A stretch of 64,000 nt of DNA from Vulcanimicrobiota bacterium. Lineage in GTDB: Bacteria; Vulcanimicrobiota; Xenobia; Xenobiales; JADMJV01. The DNA lies in NCBI GenBank assembly GCA_050250895.1, contig JBFWNU010000001.1:1160008-1224007 (forward strand). The letters run 5' to 3'. Below the pieces are notes generated by a model, which saw only the letters and a list, made by a program, of their open reading frames with translations, ran no database searches and was not told the origin of the DNA. The position numbers and the translations under genes are program-made. Of the stretch, positions 1 through 10,904 are shown piece by piece. Each line of letters starts with the position of its first letter. The stretch's first letter is position 1.

Positions 1-347
1 CTCTCGCAGGCGAAGAGCTTCGTGCCGGCCAGGCGACGGATCTCTTCAAAGGCCACCACCCGGGGTAGCCAGGTCCTGGCCTGTCCCGAGACCTCCTCGA
101 TGCGGGTCAGATCGTGGGGACGATCCAAACTCAACTGGGGCGGCAGAGGAAATGCGTCCTGACTGGCCAGGCGCAGGATATCCACCTGATAGGCAGCCGC
201 AAAAGCCAGGCCGGCAGCCGCTAAAGACTCGCCGGGCATGTGGGCCAGACCCAACGGATGCCAGAGCATGAAAGCTGCTCGGTCGGGCCTCTCGCCAGCC
301 AGAATGGCCCGAACTCGGGCCAGTTTGGTCAGGCCGTCCCGTGACAC
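1..347 (-). CDS. Uroporphyrinogen decarboxylase-family (URO-D/MtaA-like) protein, N-terminal part; runs off the window edge
   Basis: Not in the ORF track. Manual translation from GTG at 347 is open to the edge: [33 protein letters not shown]...; this resembles the 'T.rERv.a.l.Ge.pDR' N-terminus of URO-D-like proteins. Overlaps the stop of the upstream TPR gene. Confidence 0.5.
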   Translation of the reverse strand, partial: MSRDGLTKLARVRAILAGERPDRAAFMLWHPLGLAHMPGESLAAAGLAFAAAYQVDILRLASQDAFPLPPQLSLDRPHDLTRIEEVSGQARTWLPRVVAFEEIRRLAGTKLFACE

Positions 348-1588
348 TTCTTGAACTTCTTACCGCTGCCGCAGGGGCAGGGCTCGTTGCGCCCGACCTT
401 GGTGTTGAAGAAGGGGTTGATCGACTCCAGAGCTTGCTTGAAAAGCGGGTTGTTCGGGTCCATCCCGGCTGCTCTTTTGAAGCACCGATTGGCCTCGTCC
501 TTTTCCTCTCGGGCCAGATGGACCCAGCCCAGACAGAAATGGGGGTAGGGAAGGTTGCGGTCGAGATCGTGGCCCTTTTGAGCCTCGGCCAGGGCCTGGT
601 CCATTTTACCCTGCTGCACCAATACGGCCGCTCGATTGAGGTGGGTGATGCCGATCTTGTGGGCGTCTTCCACGACCACGTAAGGGTCGAACCCTTCTTT
701 CGGCTCGCGCAGGGCCAGCACCACCACTTCGACGGCGCGCCCTTCAGGAAATTGCTCGAACAGCTCCTGAGCCTTTTCAAGGTTCTCGAGAGCCGCTTTA
801 GCTTCGTGCTGGAGCGCCGACACGATGCCGAGGTTCAGATAAAGTAAAGCGGCGTTGTCGTCGCGGGCTTCGCGCTTTTCGAGATCAGCCCGACCTTGCT
901 CGAGAGCCGACTGGGCTTCGTCGAAACGACCTTCGACCAGCTCGAGAAAACCGGTGTTGTTGTGCAGCAGATAATGGTCAAGCTGATCCTCTTCGAAAGA
1001 TTTCTTATAGACATCCAGGGCCCCCTGACTGCCTTTGCTGCGATAGGCCAGCAGCCCGATGTTGGTAATGCAGGCGACCACGCCTTCTTCGTCTTGGATC
1101 TCTTCGAACAGGGCCTTGGACTGGTTGAAAGACTCTTCGGCTTCGCTGTCCTGGCCCAGGTCGCTCTGAATACTGCCGATGTCGCGCAGACAGCGCGCCT
1201 GGCCGGGCTTGTCGTCGATCTCTTGCCAGAATTTGAGCGAGCGTTGATAAAGCTCGAGCGAGTTGCGATGCTCGTTCTTCTTGTAGGCGGCGGTGCCCAG
1301 TTGCTCATAGCTGCGCGCCTGACCGATGGCGTCCTGGGCCGCTTCAGCCATGCGCAGCGACTTGCGAGCGTGGGGCAAGGCTTCGCCGGCCCGGTTGAGT
1401 TGATTGAAACACAGACCCAGCGTGTAGTGCAGGTCCTCGACATCCTTGTCGGGTGCCCCTTCGGTCTTATCTTTACGGGCCGCCGTCAACAGGTCGACAG
1501 CTTCTTGATACTTGCCCTCGTCGATGTGTGCGCGGGCGGCCTGGACGCTCTCGGCCAGGGGATGAACAGCGGTTTCCAACGTCTCCAT
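329..1588 (-). CDS. TPR-repeat protein with C-terminal SEC-C zinc-binding motif
   Basis: Multiple TPR-like helical repeats; C-terminus [21 protein letters not shown] is a SEC-C motif. Confidence 0.9.
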   Translation of the reverse strand: METLETAVHPLAESVQAARAHIDEGKYQEAVDLLTAARKDKTEGAPDKDVEDLHYTLGLCFNQLNRAGEALPHARKSLRMAEAAQDAIGQARSYEQLGTAAYKKNEHRNSLELYQRSLKFWQEIDDKPGQARCLRDIGSIQSDLGQDSEAEESFNQSKALFEEIQDEEGVVACITNIGLLAYRSKGSQGALDVYKKSFEEDQLDHYLLHNNTGFLELVEGRFDEAQSALEQGRADLEKREARDDNAALLYLNLGIVSALQHEAKAALENLEKAQELFEQFPEGRAVEVVVLALREPKEGFDPYVVVEDAHKIGITHLNRAAVLVQQGKMDQALAEAQKGHDLDRNLPYPHFCLGWVHLAREEKDEANRCFKRAAGMDPNNPLFKQALESINPFFNTKVGRNEPCPCGSGKKFKKCHGTA

Positions 1589-1710
1589 ATCCTCTCGGGT
1601 GCGAATTGCCCTCGCATATTCTGTCTAGGAGTGCGAGAGGTCCTTCCAGGGAAGGTAATTGGTATCAGAAGAAGAAGCGCGACCGCGATGAGCGATTGGA
1701 GTGAGGTTTG

Positions 1711-3813
1711 ATGCAGACTCAGACAGCCCGGAGAACGAAGTTGAAGACAGAACAGCTCAAACAAGCCTACCGGCTGATGTATCAGGCCCGTCGCATTGAC
1801 GATCGCGAGATCACCATGAAGCGCCAGAACAAGGTGTTTTTTCAGATCAGCGGGGCCGGTCATGAGGCGCCGCAGGTGGCCGCCGGAATGGTGCTCAAAG
1901 CCGGCTACGATTGGTTTTATCCTTACTATCGCGATCGCGCTCTGTGCTTGACTCTCGGAGTCACGCCCTATGAGATGTTTTTGGCCTCGGTGGGCGCTGA
2001 GGACGATCCGGCTTCGGGGGGCCGCCAAATGCCGTCCCATTGGGGTCACAAGGACTACAACATCGTCACCTCGTCGAGCCCCACCGGCACCCAATTCCTG
2101 CAGGCGGTCGGTTGTGTCGAGGCCGGGCTTTTCATCGATCAGCATCGGGGCGAACTCAAGTTGCCTTTCGAGAAAGACGAAGTGGCGCTGGTTTGCACCG
2201 GCGACGGCACGACCAGCCAGGGCGAGTTCTGGGAGGCGCTCAACACCAGTTGCAGCAACAAGTTTCCCGTCATCTTTCTAGTCGAGGACAACGGCTACGC
2301 CATCTCGGTGCCGGTCGAGGTCCAGACAGCCGGTGGGAGCATCAGCCGGCTGGTCAAGGATTGGCCCGATCTGCATCACGAAGAGGTGGACGGCTGCAAC
2401 TTCGTCGAGTGCCACCAGGCTTTCGAGCGGGCCGCCGCCCATTGCCGTGCCCGCCAAGGGCCAGCCCTGATCCATGCCCATGTGGTGCGGCCTTACTCGC
2501 ACTCGATGTCTGACGACGAGTCGATGTATCGGCCCGAGAAAGAGCGTCAACAAGACGAAGAGCGCGATCCCATTACCACCATGGCTGCCTGGCTCGTCAA
2601 GGAGAAGCACGCGACCGAGAAAGAACTCGAACAGTTGCGCGCCGAGGTGGACCAGCAAGTCAAGGCGGCGGCCGAGCAGGCCGAGGTTCGGCCGCAACCG
2701 GACGTGGCAAAGGTCTATGCCCATGTCTATTCGAGCGAGTTCGACCCGACCGATCGCAAACTCGCGACTCAGCCTGACTTTGACGGCACGGCGACCACCA
2801 TGGTCGACCTCATCAACGCCTGTCTGCGTGACGAGATGGCCCGGGATCCTCGCATCCGTGTTTTTGGTGAAGACGTGGCCGATGCCACTCGAGTCGAAGT
2901 GTTGGGCGAGTGCAAAGGGAAAGGTGGCGTCTTCAAGGTGACCCACGGGCTCCAGACTCGTTATGGCGCCGACCGGGTTTTCAACTCGCCTCTGGCCGAG
3001 GCCAACATCGTGGGCCGGGCCATCGGAATGGCCACCCGCGGGCTCAAGCCGGTGGCCGAGATCCAGTTTTTCGACTACATCTGGCCGGCCATGGAACAGT
3101 TACGCAACGAGCTGGCCACGGTCCGCTGGCGCTCGCACGGCGCTTTTAAATGCCCGGCCGTCATCCGGGTGCCCATCGGAGGTTACCTGCGCGGGGGCGG
3201 CCCCTACCACTCTCAGTCGGGCGAGGTTCTCTTCACCCACACCCCGGGTGTCCATGTGGTGATGCCGAGCAACGCCGAGGATGCCAACGGTCTGTTGCGC
3301 ACTGCTTTGCGTTGCGATGATCCGGTGATGTTTCTCGAGCACAAGCATCTTTACCGCCAGACCCACAACAAGGGACGCTACCCGGGCCCCGACTACTGCA
3401 TCCCGTTCGGGCAGGCCAACAAGGTGCGCGAAGGCGACGCCCTCACCGTAATCACTTACGGAGCTCTGGTCCATCGCAGCCTGGTGGCGGCTAAAGAGCT
3501 CTCGAGCAAGCACGGGGTGGAAGTCGAGATTCTCGATCTGCGTTCGCTGTCTCCCTACGATTGGGAGGCGATTGCCGAATCGGTCCAACGCACCAACAAG
3601 GCCCTGGTGGCCCACGAAGACTGCCTGTCCTGGGGCTACGGTGCCGAGATCGCGGCTCGCATCAGCGACGAACTCTTCGAGTATCTAGACGGCCCGGTCC
3701 GGCGAGTGGGGGCGACCGACACCTTCGTGGGCTACGCCCCTCAACTCGAAGAGGTCACCCTGCCCACTCCGGTCAGCCTGGCCGAGGCGATGCTCAAGCT
3801 GGTTCGCTACTGA
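1711..3813 (+). CDS. 2-oxoacid (probably branched-chain) dehydrogenase E1, fused alpha+beta subunits
   Basis: TPP-binding GDG(x)nEDN motif ([16 protein letters not shown]...VEDNGYAIS), HSMSDD, and beta-domain motifs [34 protein letters not shown] lies upstream of ATG 1711. Confidence 0.92.
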   Translation: MQTQTARRTKLKTEQLKQAYRLMYQARRIDDREITMKRQNKVFFQISGAGHEAPQVAAGMVLKAGYDWFYPYYRDRALCLTLGVTPYEMFLASVGAEDDPASGGRQMPSHWGHKDYNIVTSSSPTGTQFLQAVGCVEAGLFIDQHRGELKLPFEKDEVALVCTGDGTTSQGEFWEALNTSCSNKFPVIFLVEDNGYAISVPVEVQTAGGSISRLVKDWPDLHHEEVDGCNFVECHQAFERAAAHCRARQGPALIHAHVVRPYSHSMSDDESMYRPEKERQQDEERDPITTMAAWLVKEKHATEKELEQLRAEVDQQVKAAAEQAEVRPQPDVAKVYAHVYSSEFDPTDRKLATQPDFDGTATTMVDLINACLRDEMARDPRIRVFGEDVADATRVEVLGECKGKGGVFKVTHGLQTRYGADRVFNSPLAEANIVGRAIGMATRGLKPVAEIQFFDYIWPAMEQLRNELATVRWRSHGAFKCPAVIRVPIGGYLRGGGPYHSQSGEVLFTHTPGVHVVMPSNAEDANGLLRTALRCDDPVMFLEHKHLYRQTHNKGRYPGPDYCIPFGQANKVREGDALTVITYGALVHRSLVAAKELSSKHGVEVEILDLRSLSPYDWEAIAESVQRTNKALVAHEDCLSWGYGAEIAARISDELFEYLDGPVRRVGATDTFVGYAPQLEEVTLPTPVSLAEAMLKLVRY

Positions 3814-4198
3814 GCGGAGTCTGCTGATACTGCGGCCGCCCGTCGGCGATGTCGTAATAGTCGCCCTTGTTGGCCACGAAGATGTGCAGGTGGATGTGGG
3901 TGTTTGTGGGAGCTTCGAAGGCCCCCATGGCGATGCCCAGAAAATCGTGGTGAACGGGCTCCCAGAACAACGATGAGCCACAGGTCGAGCAGAAGCCCCG
4001 ACGGGCTTTGTCCGAGTTCTGATACCAGCTCAGTCGTTCCTTACCGTAGATGGTGACGGCCGATTTGGGCACGTCGGTCGATACGAAGAAGTGCCCGGAG
4101 GTCTTGCGGCACTGGGTGCAGTGACAGGCATCCGGCGGTTTGAGCGGGCCGGCGACCTCGAACTGCACGGCCCCACACAGACACGACCCTCTATGCAT
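3794..4198 (-). CDS. GFA (CENP-V-like) family protein
   Basis: GSCLCGAV...CHCTQCRK...[11 protein letters not shown] zinc motifs. Confidence 0.92.
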   Translation of the reverse strand: MHRGSCLCGAVQFEVAGPLKPPDACHCTQCRKTSGHFFVSTDVPKSAVTIYGKERLSWYQNSDKARRGFCSTCGSSLFWEPVHHDFLGIAMGAFEAPTNTHIHLHIFVANKGDYYDIADGRPQYQQTPLSSEPA

Positions 4199-4553
4199 GC
4201 TCGCCAGCGTCGGCCCATACGGCGAGTTGATTTCCGCTGGGGTCGTAGAAGTGGAAGCGTCGCCCCCCGGGGAAGTCGAACGGCTCTCTGCAGATGGTGC
4301 CGCCAGCCTGTTTCACGGAGGCCAGGCTCTGTTCGAGGTCGGCGGAATAGAGCACGACCAGCGGGCCACCGGATTGGACTTCGCCCACGGTCAAGCCCCC
4401 CACCTCGCGGTCGCCGATGCGAATGCCGGCATAGACCGGGGCATAGTCGGTGAAAGCCCAGCCAAAAGCCTCACCATAGAAGCTCTTGGCTCTGTCCAGG
4501 TCGGAGACGGTGAATTCGATGTAATCGATACTGTGGTGAGTATGTGCGCTCAT
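4191..4553 (-). CDS. VOC/glyoxalase family protein
   Basis: Start reassigned to ATG 4553 (MSAHTHHSIDYIEFTVSDLDRAKSFYGEAFGW); ends FPGGRRFHFYDPSGNQLAVW. Confidence 0.9.
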   Translation of the reverse strand: MSAHTHHSIDYIEFTVSDLDRAKSFYGEAFGWAFTDYAPVYAGIRIGDREVGGLTVGEVQSGGPLVVLYSADLEQSLASVKQAGGTICREPFDFPGGRRFHFYDPSGNQLAVWADAGEHA

Positions 4554-4587
4554 GAGGCCCCTTTTGACGGTCCGGGCCAGATCTCTT

Positions 4588-5316
4588 CTAGCGCACGCCC
4601 AGCCCCACCGGCACGGCCACGAAGGCCGGAATGGCGGCCTTGAGTTTGGGATGGCGGAGAACCATCTGGGTCGAGGTGCCGCCGTCGAGGTTGAGGGCGT
4701 AGCGAGCGGCCAGGCCACCCCCGGACAGGGGCTTCCTCAAGATCTTCTGGAGTTGGGCGAAAGTGAGCCCGGGACGACTATCGCAGGCATAAAGATAGAG
4801 CAAGCCTTGCGAATCGATGGACACGCCCGTGCGGGCTCGCGGGCCGGCCTCGTGAATGCCCCCCACCGCTTGTCCCCGGTCGATCAGGCGCGGGCCACAT
4901 TGCAGCGCCAACCGCTCGGGCCCGGGACGGAAGGTATCGCGTGAGACCACTGTGGGTTTGCCCCGACCGACCAGCAGAATGCCCCCAAAAGCCGAGCCGG
5001 GATGAACATCGCTCACGATTACCTGGCCATCCTTGAGATAGCCCATCGGCTTTTGCTCGGCATCGAAATAACCGCCGTTCACCATCACCGTGGCTTGAGC
5101 GGCCTCGGCCAGCTCCCCCACGAACATGGCGGGACGCCCATAGTCGCTGGCCACAAACACCTCGAGTTGGACCTTCTGAGGGTCGAGCCGGAACTGGTGC
5201 ATGCGCACCTCGCCCAGGTCGGCGGTGCGGTAGTCGAGCCCGGTCTTGAGTGGTCGCCACTCGGCCGCCGCCCCGGACCAGCCCAGCAAGAGCATAAGGC
5301 AAAGCCACTTTCTCAT
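4588..5316 (-). CDS. Secreted phosphodiester glycosidase (NAGPA-like) family protein
   Basis: Signal peptide; VNGGYF, GPRL, ARTGV and ALNLDGGTST motifs. Confidence 0.85.
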   Translation of the reverse strand: MRKWLCLMLLLGWSGAAAEWRPLKTGLDYRTADLGEVRMHQFRLDPQKVQLEVFVASDYGRPAMFVGELAEAAQATVMVNGGYFDAEQKPMGYLKDGQVIVSDVHPGSAFGGILLVGRGKPTVVSRDTFRPGPERLALQCGPRLIDRGQAVGGIHEAGPRARTGVSIDSQGLLYLYACDSRPGLTFAQLQKILRKPLSGGGLAARYALNLDGGTSTQMVLRHPKLKAAIPAFVAVPVGLGVR

Positions 5317-5354
5317 CGCAGGGTTCTTCCCGAAGCCGGAGAAATCGCCTTTCG

Positions 5355-6635
5355 TTGAAGGTTTTTCGCGATCCCGTCCATGGAGACATCCTGTTACCCG
5401 AGGCCTTGCTGGCCCTGGTCGACACGCGCGAGTTTCAGCGCCTGCGAGGGGTCAAAATGCTGGGAACGGCTTATCTGGTTTATCCCGGGGCTGTCCACAC
5501 ACGCTTTGAGCACAGCTTGGGGACGTGCTGGTTGACCACTCGTCTGCTCGAGGGCCTGGGTGTCGAGGCCGAGCGACGCCTGGCCGTGCAAGCCGCCGCT
5601 CTGCTGCATGACGTGACCCACATTCCCTTCGGCCATACCTTCGAGGATGAGCGCCGTATTTTCGAGCGTCACGACACACCCGCCCGCCTACGCCGGTTCA
5701 TCCCTCAGGGCGAACTGGGCAAAGCCCTTAAGGCGGCCGGATTGCTCGAGGCGGTGCTCGAGATTCTGACCGAGAATGCCCAACCCGGTTGGCAGTTCGA
5801 GATATTCTCTGGGACGGTCTGTGCCGATCTGCTCGACTATCTTGCCCGCGACGCCTATTTTTGCGGCCTGTCCCAGCGATACGACGAGCGCATCCTGCGG
5901 CATTTTCGCATCAACAACCGGGGACAACTTTATCTCGACGCCTACCGAGGCGGCCTGATTCGCGAGGATGTGCTCTCGGAAGTGGTCAACCTTTTGCGGT
6001 TGCGCTATTTCTTGTCGGAGCGGGTCTATTTTCACCACACCAAGACCGCCAGCGGAGCCATGATCTCGCGGGCCGTCGAGCAGGCGGTGGGGCTGGGTCT
6101 GACCCTGATCGAGTTGTCGCGACTCACCGACGAGCGCTTGCTGGCCTGGCTCGAGGGCAACTATGGTGGGGATGCCGTGGTCGGGCGGTTGCTTGACCAT
6201 CTATCCAGCCGGCGCATCTACAAGCGGGCCTATGTGCTCACCCGCCGCATCGGTGAGGAGCGGCGAACTCAGTTCGTGGAGCGTTACCATTTGCAAGCCG
6301 ACACCCGGCGCGAGGCCGAGACCGCGCTGGGCGAAAAGCTGCGCCTGAAGCCGGGTGAGCTGATCGTCTATTGTCCGGCCCAGGGGATGCAGCTCAAGGA
6401 GGCTGATGTTCGGCTTAAAGTCGACGACGGTGCGCCTCGCTCGATGTCAGAGCTGCAGCTGCCCGAGATTCAGGTCTTACGCGAGAAACACCAGGACCTG
6501 TGGAAGTTCTATGTTTTCGTGGCTCCCCACCTGATGGAGCGGGCGGCGGCGATCAGCCGGGCCTGCGAGGAGTACTTTCTCGAGGCAAACCACTTGCCTG
6601 GCCTGCGGAGCGGGCAACTCTATCTGGCCCTCTAG
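5355..6635 (+). CDS. HD-domain phosphohydrolase, SAMHD1-like dNTP triphosphohydrolase family
   Basis: RDPVHG, FQRLRGVKMLG, VYPGAVHTRFEHSLG, LLHDVTHIPFGHTFE, DLLDYLARD, VYFHHTK. Confidence 0.9.
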   Translation: MKVFRDPVHGDILLPEALLALVDTREFQRLRGVKMLGTAYLVYPGAVHTRFEHSLGTCWLTTRLLEGLGVEAERRLAVQAAALLHDVTHIPFGHTFEDERRIFERHDTPARLRRFIPQGELGKALKAAGLLEAVLEILTENAQPGWQFEIFSGTVCADLLDYLARDAYFCGLSQRYDERILRHFRINNRGQLYLDAYRGGLIREDVLSEVVNLLRLRYFLSERVYFHHTKTASGAMISRAVEQAVGLGLTLIELSRLTDERLLAWLEGNYGGDAVVGRLLDHLSSRRIYKRAYVLTRRIGEERRTQFVERYHLQADTRREAETALGEKLRLKPGELIVYCPAQGMQLKEADVRLKVDDGAPRSMSELQLPEIQVLREKHQDLWKFYVFVAPHLMERAAAISRACEEYFLEANHLPGLRSGQLYLAL

Positions 6636-6907
6636 CCCTCTTTGGGAACGAACCCTTCGGGCGGTTTGGCCGTGCCCTCGAAGAGAAACTGCTCGATCTG
6701 ATCGAAGAAGATCTGGTTGGTGGAGTCGTCCATCAAGTCGAGGCGGTATTCGTTGGTGACCATGATGAAGTGTTCTTCGAACATCTTCCAGGCCTCGGCC
6801 GACACGTTCTCATAGACTTTCTTGCCGACCGGGCCGGGGATGGGGGGCGAGTCGAGGCCCGGGAGTTCTTTCTTCAATTTGGCGCACATTACCATTCTTT
6901 CAGCCAT
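6632..6907 (-). CDS. yggX: Fe(II)-trafficking / oxidative damage protection protein YggX
   Basis: RMVMCAKLKKELPGLDSPPIPGPVGKKVYENVSAEAW...NEYRLDL...EQFLF. Confidence 0.9.
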   Translation of the reverse strand: MAERMVMCAKLKKELPGLDSPPIPGPVGKKVYENVSAEAWKMFEEHFIMVTNEYRLDLMDDSTNQIFFDQIEQFLFEGTAKPPEGFVPKEG

Positions 6908-7003
6908 GGGCTTCTCCTCACGATCTTTTCTGACCCCGCCTTTCTAGAGGGACAAGCCGGAACCCCTCCAGAAATCGGCTTCGATGAGCGACGATCTCAT
7001 GGG

Positions 7004-7543
7004 CTACTCTCGGGGCTTGAGGCCGTAGCGGGCGATCAAGCGTCGTTCGCGGCTGCGGCGGCCGGTCAGGCGGGTGCTCCAGTGGTCTTGACCAAGCGAG
7101 GTCACCAAAATGGTATGAAAGCCGAAGCGGTTGCCTCCGAGGATGTCAGAGAAAATCTGATCACCCACCATGCACGTATGCTCTGGCTGGGAGCCCAGCT
7201 TCTCGAGGGCCCAGCGAAAGGGGGTCGGTCCCGGCTTACGGGTGAAGAGCAAGGCGGGAAAGACCTTCTCGATGCTGAGCTCGGCGGCGATTTTCTCCAG
7301 ACGCTGGATGCGCCGCCCCCGGAACATCACGTTGGAGATCAGGCAGATATCCTCGATATAGCCGGCCTTACGGGCGGCCGCGATGGCCGCTTTGGCGCAG
7401 GGCACGATCTCGTGCCCGTGCTGGGGCACCAACGTATTATCCACGTCGAAACAGAAGTAGCGAATGCCGCGCTCGGCCAGGGCCTGGAAGTCGATGCTGG
7501 CGACCCGAGTGACGTATTCGTCTGGTTTTAGCGGATCCTTCAT
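7004..7543 (-). CDS. YqeG-family HAD IIIA phosphatase
   Basis: FDVDNTL, ISN, KP, MVGDQIFSDILGGNRFGFHTILV. Confidence 0.9.
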   Translation of the reverse strand: MKDPLKPDEYVTRVASIDFQALAERGIRYFCFDVDNTLVPQHGHEIVPCAKAAIAAARKAGYIEDICLISNVMFRGRRIQRLEKIAAELSIEKVFPALLFTRKPGPTPFRWALEKLGSQPEHTCMVGDQIFSDILGGNRFGFHTILVTSLGQDHWSTRLTGRRSRERRLIARYGLKPRE

Positions 7544-7624
7544 GACCGGCTCAGTCTAAACCACCAGTCCGCAAGATGCAATGCGGCCAGGAGGTTGCGC
7601 TTCGATCGAGAATTTTGGGCGCCG

Positions 7625-8890
7625 ATGAGTAGCGCCCCCGAGTCCCCTTTTGCAGGACTCGTATCGGATGTCGAACGGACGGTTCTTGACAACGGATTGC
7701 GAGTGCTGGTGAGGGAGGTATATCCCAGCCAGGTGGTGGCTCTATCCATTTGGGTGGGCGTGGGATCGGTCTTCGAGGCCTCCGAGCAGGCGGGTTACTC
7801 GCACTTTCTCGAGCATATGCTCTTTCGCAACCGGGCCGTCGGCAATGGGATCAGCTACGAGCTGCAGGCTCTGGGTGGATACCTCAACGGTTTCACTTCG
7901 TATGAATGCACCTGCTACTGGTCGGTTTTCTCGGAGCGTCATTTCGAGCGTGTCATCGAGCTCCAGCGCCAGGCGGTGCTCGACACTTGCTTTGGCCAGG
8001 AAGAATGTCAGCGCGAAGCCGAAGTCATTCTCGAAGAGCTGAAGATGCGCGAGGATGACCCTTCCGCCTATTGTTTCGAACAGCTCCTCGAAGTGGCTTA
8101 TCCAGACCATGCTTACGGCCGACCCATCATCGGCCGAGCCGAGGTGCTCGAGTCGGTCAAACCACAACATCTCGAGCAGTTCTATCGCCGGTTTTACGTC
8201 CCCGAGAACATGGCGGTGGTGGTGGTTGGGGGCATCTCGGCCGAGCGCGTGCTGCCCCTGGTCGAAGCTTGTTTTGGCAAGACGGGATCGGTGGCACCCC
8301 CGCCCCGCCAGCCCGGCCGCATCGGTGACGGGGGCCGGAGACGGCGGGTGCTTGAAGGAGATATCGCGGGTACCCACCTGCAGGTCGCCTTTCCCATCCC
8401 CGATCTCTATTCTGACGAGGCTTTCGCCTGCGATCTGCTGGCCTGTGTCCTGGGGCGAGGCCGCTCGTCGCGGTTGCATCGTTGCCTGCGAGAGCGCGAC
8501 AATTGCGTGTCGCGCATCGGCTCGAGCCTTTTTCTCGGTCGTGAGCCAGGCCAATTCGTGATCCAGGCGGTCTTGCCCAACCAGCACCTCGAGACGGCCG
8601 AGACCGCCCTGTGGCGCGAGCTCGAACGGGTTCGCCAGGGCGACATCAGCGAGCACGAGCTGCACAAAGCCCGCAACATGGTCGAGTCGTCCTATATTTT
8701 TGGCCAGGAGACGGTCGAAGGTCAGGCCCGCAAACTGGGTTACTATGAGATGATGGGCGATCATGGCCTGGCCGATGACTATGTGCGCCGCCTGTGGCGG
8801 GTCGATCTCGAAGGGCTGCGCTCGGCTGCTGCCCGCTTTCTCGAGCCGGCTTCAGCGAGCACGGTCGTCTATGGTGGCGCCAGGGGCTGA
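7625..8890 (+). CDS. M16 (pitrilysin-like) zinc peptidase, catalytic subunit
   Basis: LDNGLRV, inverted zinc motif HFLEH, NGFTS, EAEVILEE. Start uncertain (7595 or 7625). Confidence 0.9.
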   Translation: MSSAPESPFAGLVSDVERTVLDNGLRVLVREVYPSQVVALSIWVGVGSVFEASEQAGYSHFLEHMLFRNRAVGNGISYELQALGGYLNGFTSYECTCYWSVFSERHFERVIELQRQAVLDTCFGQEECQREAEVILEELKMREDDPSAYCFEQLLEVAYPDHAYGRPIIGRAEVLESVKPQHLEQFYRRFYVPENMAVVVVGGISAERVLPLVEACFGKTGSVAPPPRQPGRIGDGGRRRRVLEGDIAGTHLQVAFPIPDLYSDEAFACDLLACVLGRGRSSRLHRCLRERDNCVSRIGSSLFLGREPGQFVIQAVLPNQHLETAETALWRELERVRQGDISEHELHKARNMVESSYIFGQETVEGQARKLGYYEMMGDHGLADDYVRRLWRVDLEGLRSAAARFLEPASASTVVYGGARG

Positions 8891-10128
8891 TGCGGACCGA
8901 GTTGCTGCAGGGACCGGGCGGGAGCCGGTTGGTGATTCAAGAGGATCACTCCCATCCGCTGGTCACGGTCACGGCCGCCTGTCGGGGCGGTCAACGTTGG
9001 GAATGCGCCCAGGATCAGGGCCTGACCAGTCTCACTCAGCGTCTGCTGATCAAGGGCACCCGCCAGCGCTCGCGCGATCAGTTGGCCGATGATCTCGAGT
9101 TCCTCGGGGCGCCGTTCTTGCCCTATTGCGGCAAAGATACCTACGGGGCGACCCTGGCTGTGCTCTCACGCCACTTTCGGGCCGGTCTGTCGATCATGGC
9201 CGAGTGCCTGGGGGCTCCTGCTTTTGCCCCGGAAGAAGTCGAGAAGGAGAAATCGCTGCTCGAACTCGAGCGGCGACGCCTGGCCGATGACAGTCTCAAG
9301 TTCGCCCTGGAAGAGGCCGAGAGGCTCCTCTACGGGCAGCATCCTTACTCGCTGAGCATCCTGGGAACCGGCCAGAGTCTGGCCGCGATCACCAGTCAAC
9401 AGCTATCCGAGTGGCATCGGCGGCTGTTTGATTGCTCGCGCCTGACTCTGGCGGTGGTGGGTGACATCTCGCCCGAGGCCGTCAAAGCCCAGGTCGACGA
9501 ACTGTTCCGCTGGGACGGGGGCGGCCCGGCCGGGCCCGAGTCAGGGCCATGCGAGCCTCCCGAACAGGACCGCGAACTTTTGGTCTGGCGCGAACGCAAG
9601 CAGGCGACGCTGGTCCTGGCCCTCTTGGGACCTTGCTTTGCGGCCTCCGACTTCGCCGCCTTTCAGGTGTTGCAGATGGTGCTGGCCGGGATGGGCGGTC
9701 GGCTGTTTGCCGAACTGCGCGACCGGCGCGGCCTGGGTTACCTGGTCAACAGCACTCTGGAACGACGGCTGGATGGTAGTTGCTTCAAAGCTTACGTGGC
9801 TACCAGCGAGAGTCGGGCCCAAGAGGCTCTCGAGGCGATGCGCCACGAGATCGCCAGGCTGGCGTCCGAACCGGTGGGGCTCGAAGAACTCTATCGGGCC
9901 AAACGCTACATGCTGGGTCTGCACGAGATCAACCTCCAGAAAAAGGCATATCTGGCCCATCAGTTGGCAACTTACGAGGCCTTAGGACTGGGTTATCGGG
10001 CCTTTGAGCAATTTCCTGAGCAGGTTCGGGCCGTGACCGTCGAGCAGGTGCAGCAGGTGGCGGCCGTCTATTTGGACCGGCCGGCCGCCCTGGTCAGGGT
10101 TCTTCCCGCAAGTCAAAGCGCGAGTTGA
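8890..10128 (+). CDS. M16 peptidase, non-catalytic partner subunit
   Basis: TGATG overlap with the previous gene; M16 pattern (GMGGRLFAELRDRRGLGYLV) but no HxxEH (SLTQR instead). Confidence 0.85.
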   Translation: MRTELLQGPGGSRLVIQEDHSHPLVTVTAACRGGQRWECAQDQGLTSLTQRLLIKGTRQRSRDQLADDLEFLGAPFLPYCGKDTYGATLAVLSRHFRAGLSIMAECLGAPAFAPEEVEKEKSLLELERRRLADDSLKFALEEAERLLYGQHPYSLSILGTGQSLAAITSQQLSEWHRRLFDCSRLTLAVVGDISPEAVKAQVDELFRWDGGGPAGPESGPCEPPEQDRELLVWRERKQATLVLALLGPCFAASDFAAFQVLQMVLAGMGGRLFAELRDRRGLGYLVNSTLERRLDGSCFKAYVATSESRAQEALEAMRHEIARLASEPVGLEELYRAKRYMLGLHEINLQKKAYLAHQLATYEALGLGYRAFEQFPEQVRAVTVEQVQQVAAVYLDRPAALVRVLPASQSAS

Positions 10129-10903
10129 GGGGGTTGTCGCGACGCGACAGGCGGGCGAAGGTCTGGTTGCCTTTGCGTTCAAGAATCTGAAGCATGCTTC
10201 CGGCGGCGCTCTCGAGCAACGTTCGACCCTCGCTCCATTCAAGCTTTTGATGGGCCGGGCCTGAGTTCCACACAAAGCTGGTGCCGCCGGCGATGGGTCC
10301 CTGATGCCAGTCGGGCAGATTGGGCTGGGTGCCGGCCAGGCGGGGGTCAGCCAGCCCGATCAGGGGCTGTTTTAGACCGGCCGTTCGCAAACCAGCCAGC
10401 AGGGTGGGGTCGACCTTGGCTTCGGCGGGACGGATCTCGACCGCCTCGGTCCCGTCGTCGTCCGCTCGCGTCTTGTCCTGGCCCTGCACCACCGCCGAAA
10501 TCTCACGAGGCGCTGCGGCCGAGACCACGGACAGGCCGATCACCGGAGTGGGTCCGGCCCAGCCTCGGCGTTCGGCTTCTTTGACGGTCTGTTCGCGGTT
10601 GTGCTGGCGCACCTCGGAATGCGACTGAGCTTCTTTGCGATCCGCCTCGGCCGCCAACTTTTGCTCGTCGCGGGCCAGATCGTCGGTCTTCTTTTGCAAT
10701 TCTTCGCCGGTTTGGCCAGCCTCTTTCTTCTCGTCTTCCTTCTCGACCCGCTTGTCGAGGAGGCTCGAAAAGTCGCGCTTGGATTCTTCGTCGGGCTGGA
10801 CCTCTTTGCCGGTGCGGGCAGCCTCGCCCATGAACTGAGCTCGATCGGTCAGGCGCTTGTCCTGCACATGATGGGATTCGGGCAACAGGGGAGGACCGGC
10901 CAC
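10094..10903 (-). CDS. Hypothetical protein with a charged coiled-coil N-terminal half
   Basis: 269-aa ORF with host-like codon usage, starting 1 nt after the stop of the upstream membrane gene. Confidence 0.65.
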   Translation of the reverse strand: MAGPPLLPESHHVQDKRLTDRAQFMGEAARTGKEVQPDEESKRDFSSLLDKRVEKEDEKKEAGQTGEELQKKTDDLARDEQKLAAEADRKEAQSHSEVRQHNREQTVKEAERRGWAGPTPVIGLSVVSAAAPREISAVVQGQDKTRADDDGTEAVEIRPAEAKVDPTLLAGLRTAGLKQPLIGLADPRLAGTQPNLPDWHQGPIAGGTSFVWNSGPAHQKLEWSEGRTLLESAAGSMLQILERKGNQTFARLSRRDNPLNSRFDLREEP

Positions 10904-10904
10904 C

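Noticed and set aside
46-328. Possible ncRNA, or the 244-aa ORF 46..780, at the window start
   Set aside because: Better explained by a partial URO-D-like CDS in another minus-strand frame plus the TPR gene.
5355-6635. HD dNTPase as an anti-phage defence gene
   Set aside because: It sits among housekeeping genes with host-like composition and no defence or mobile neighbours; a housekeeping role is more parsimonious.
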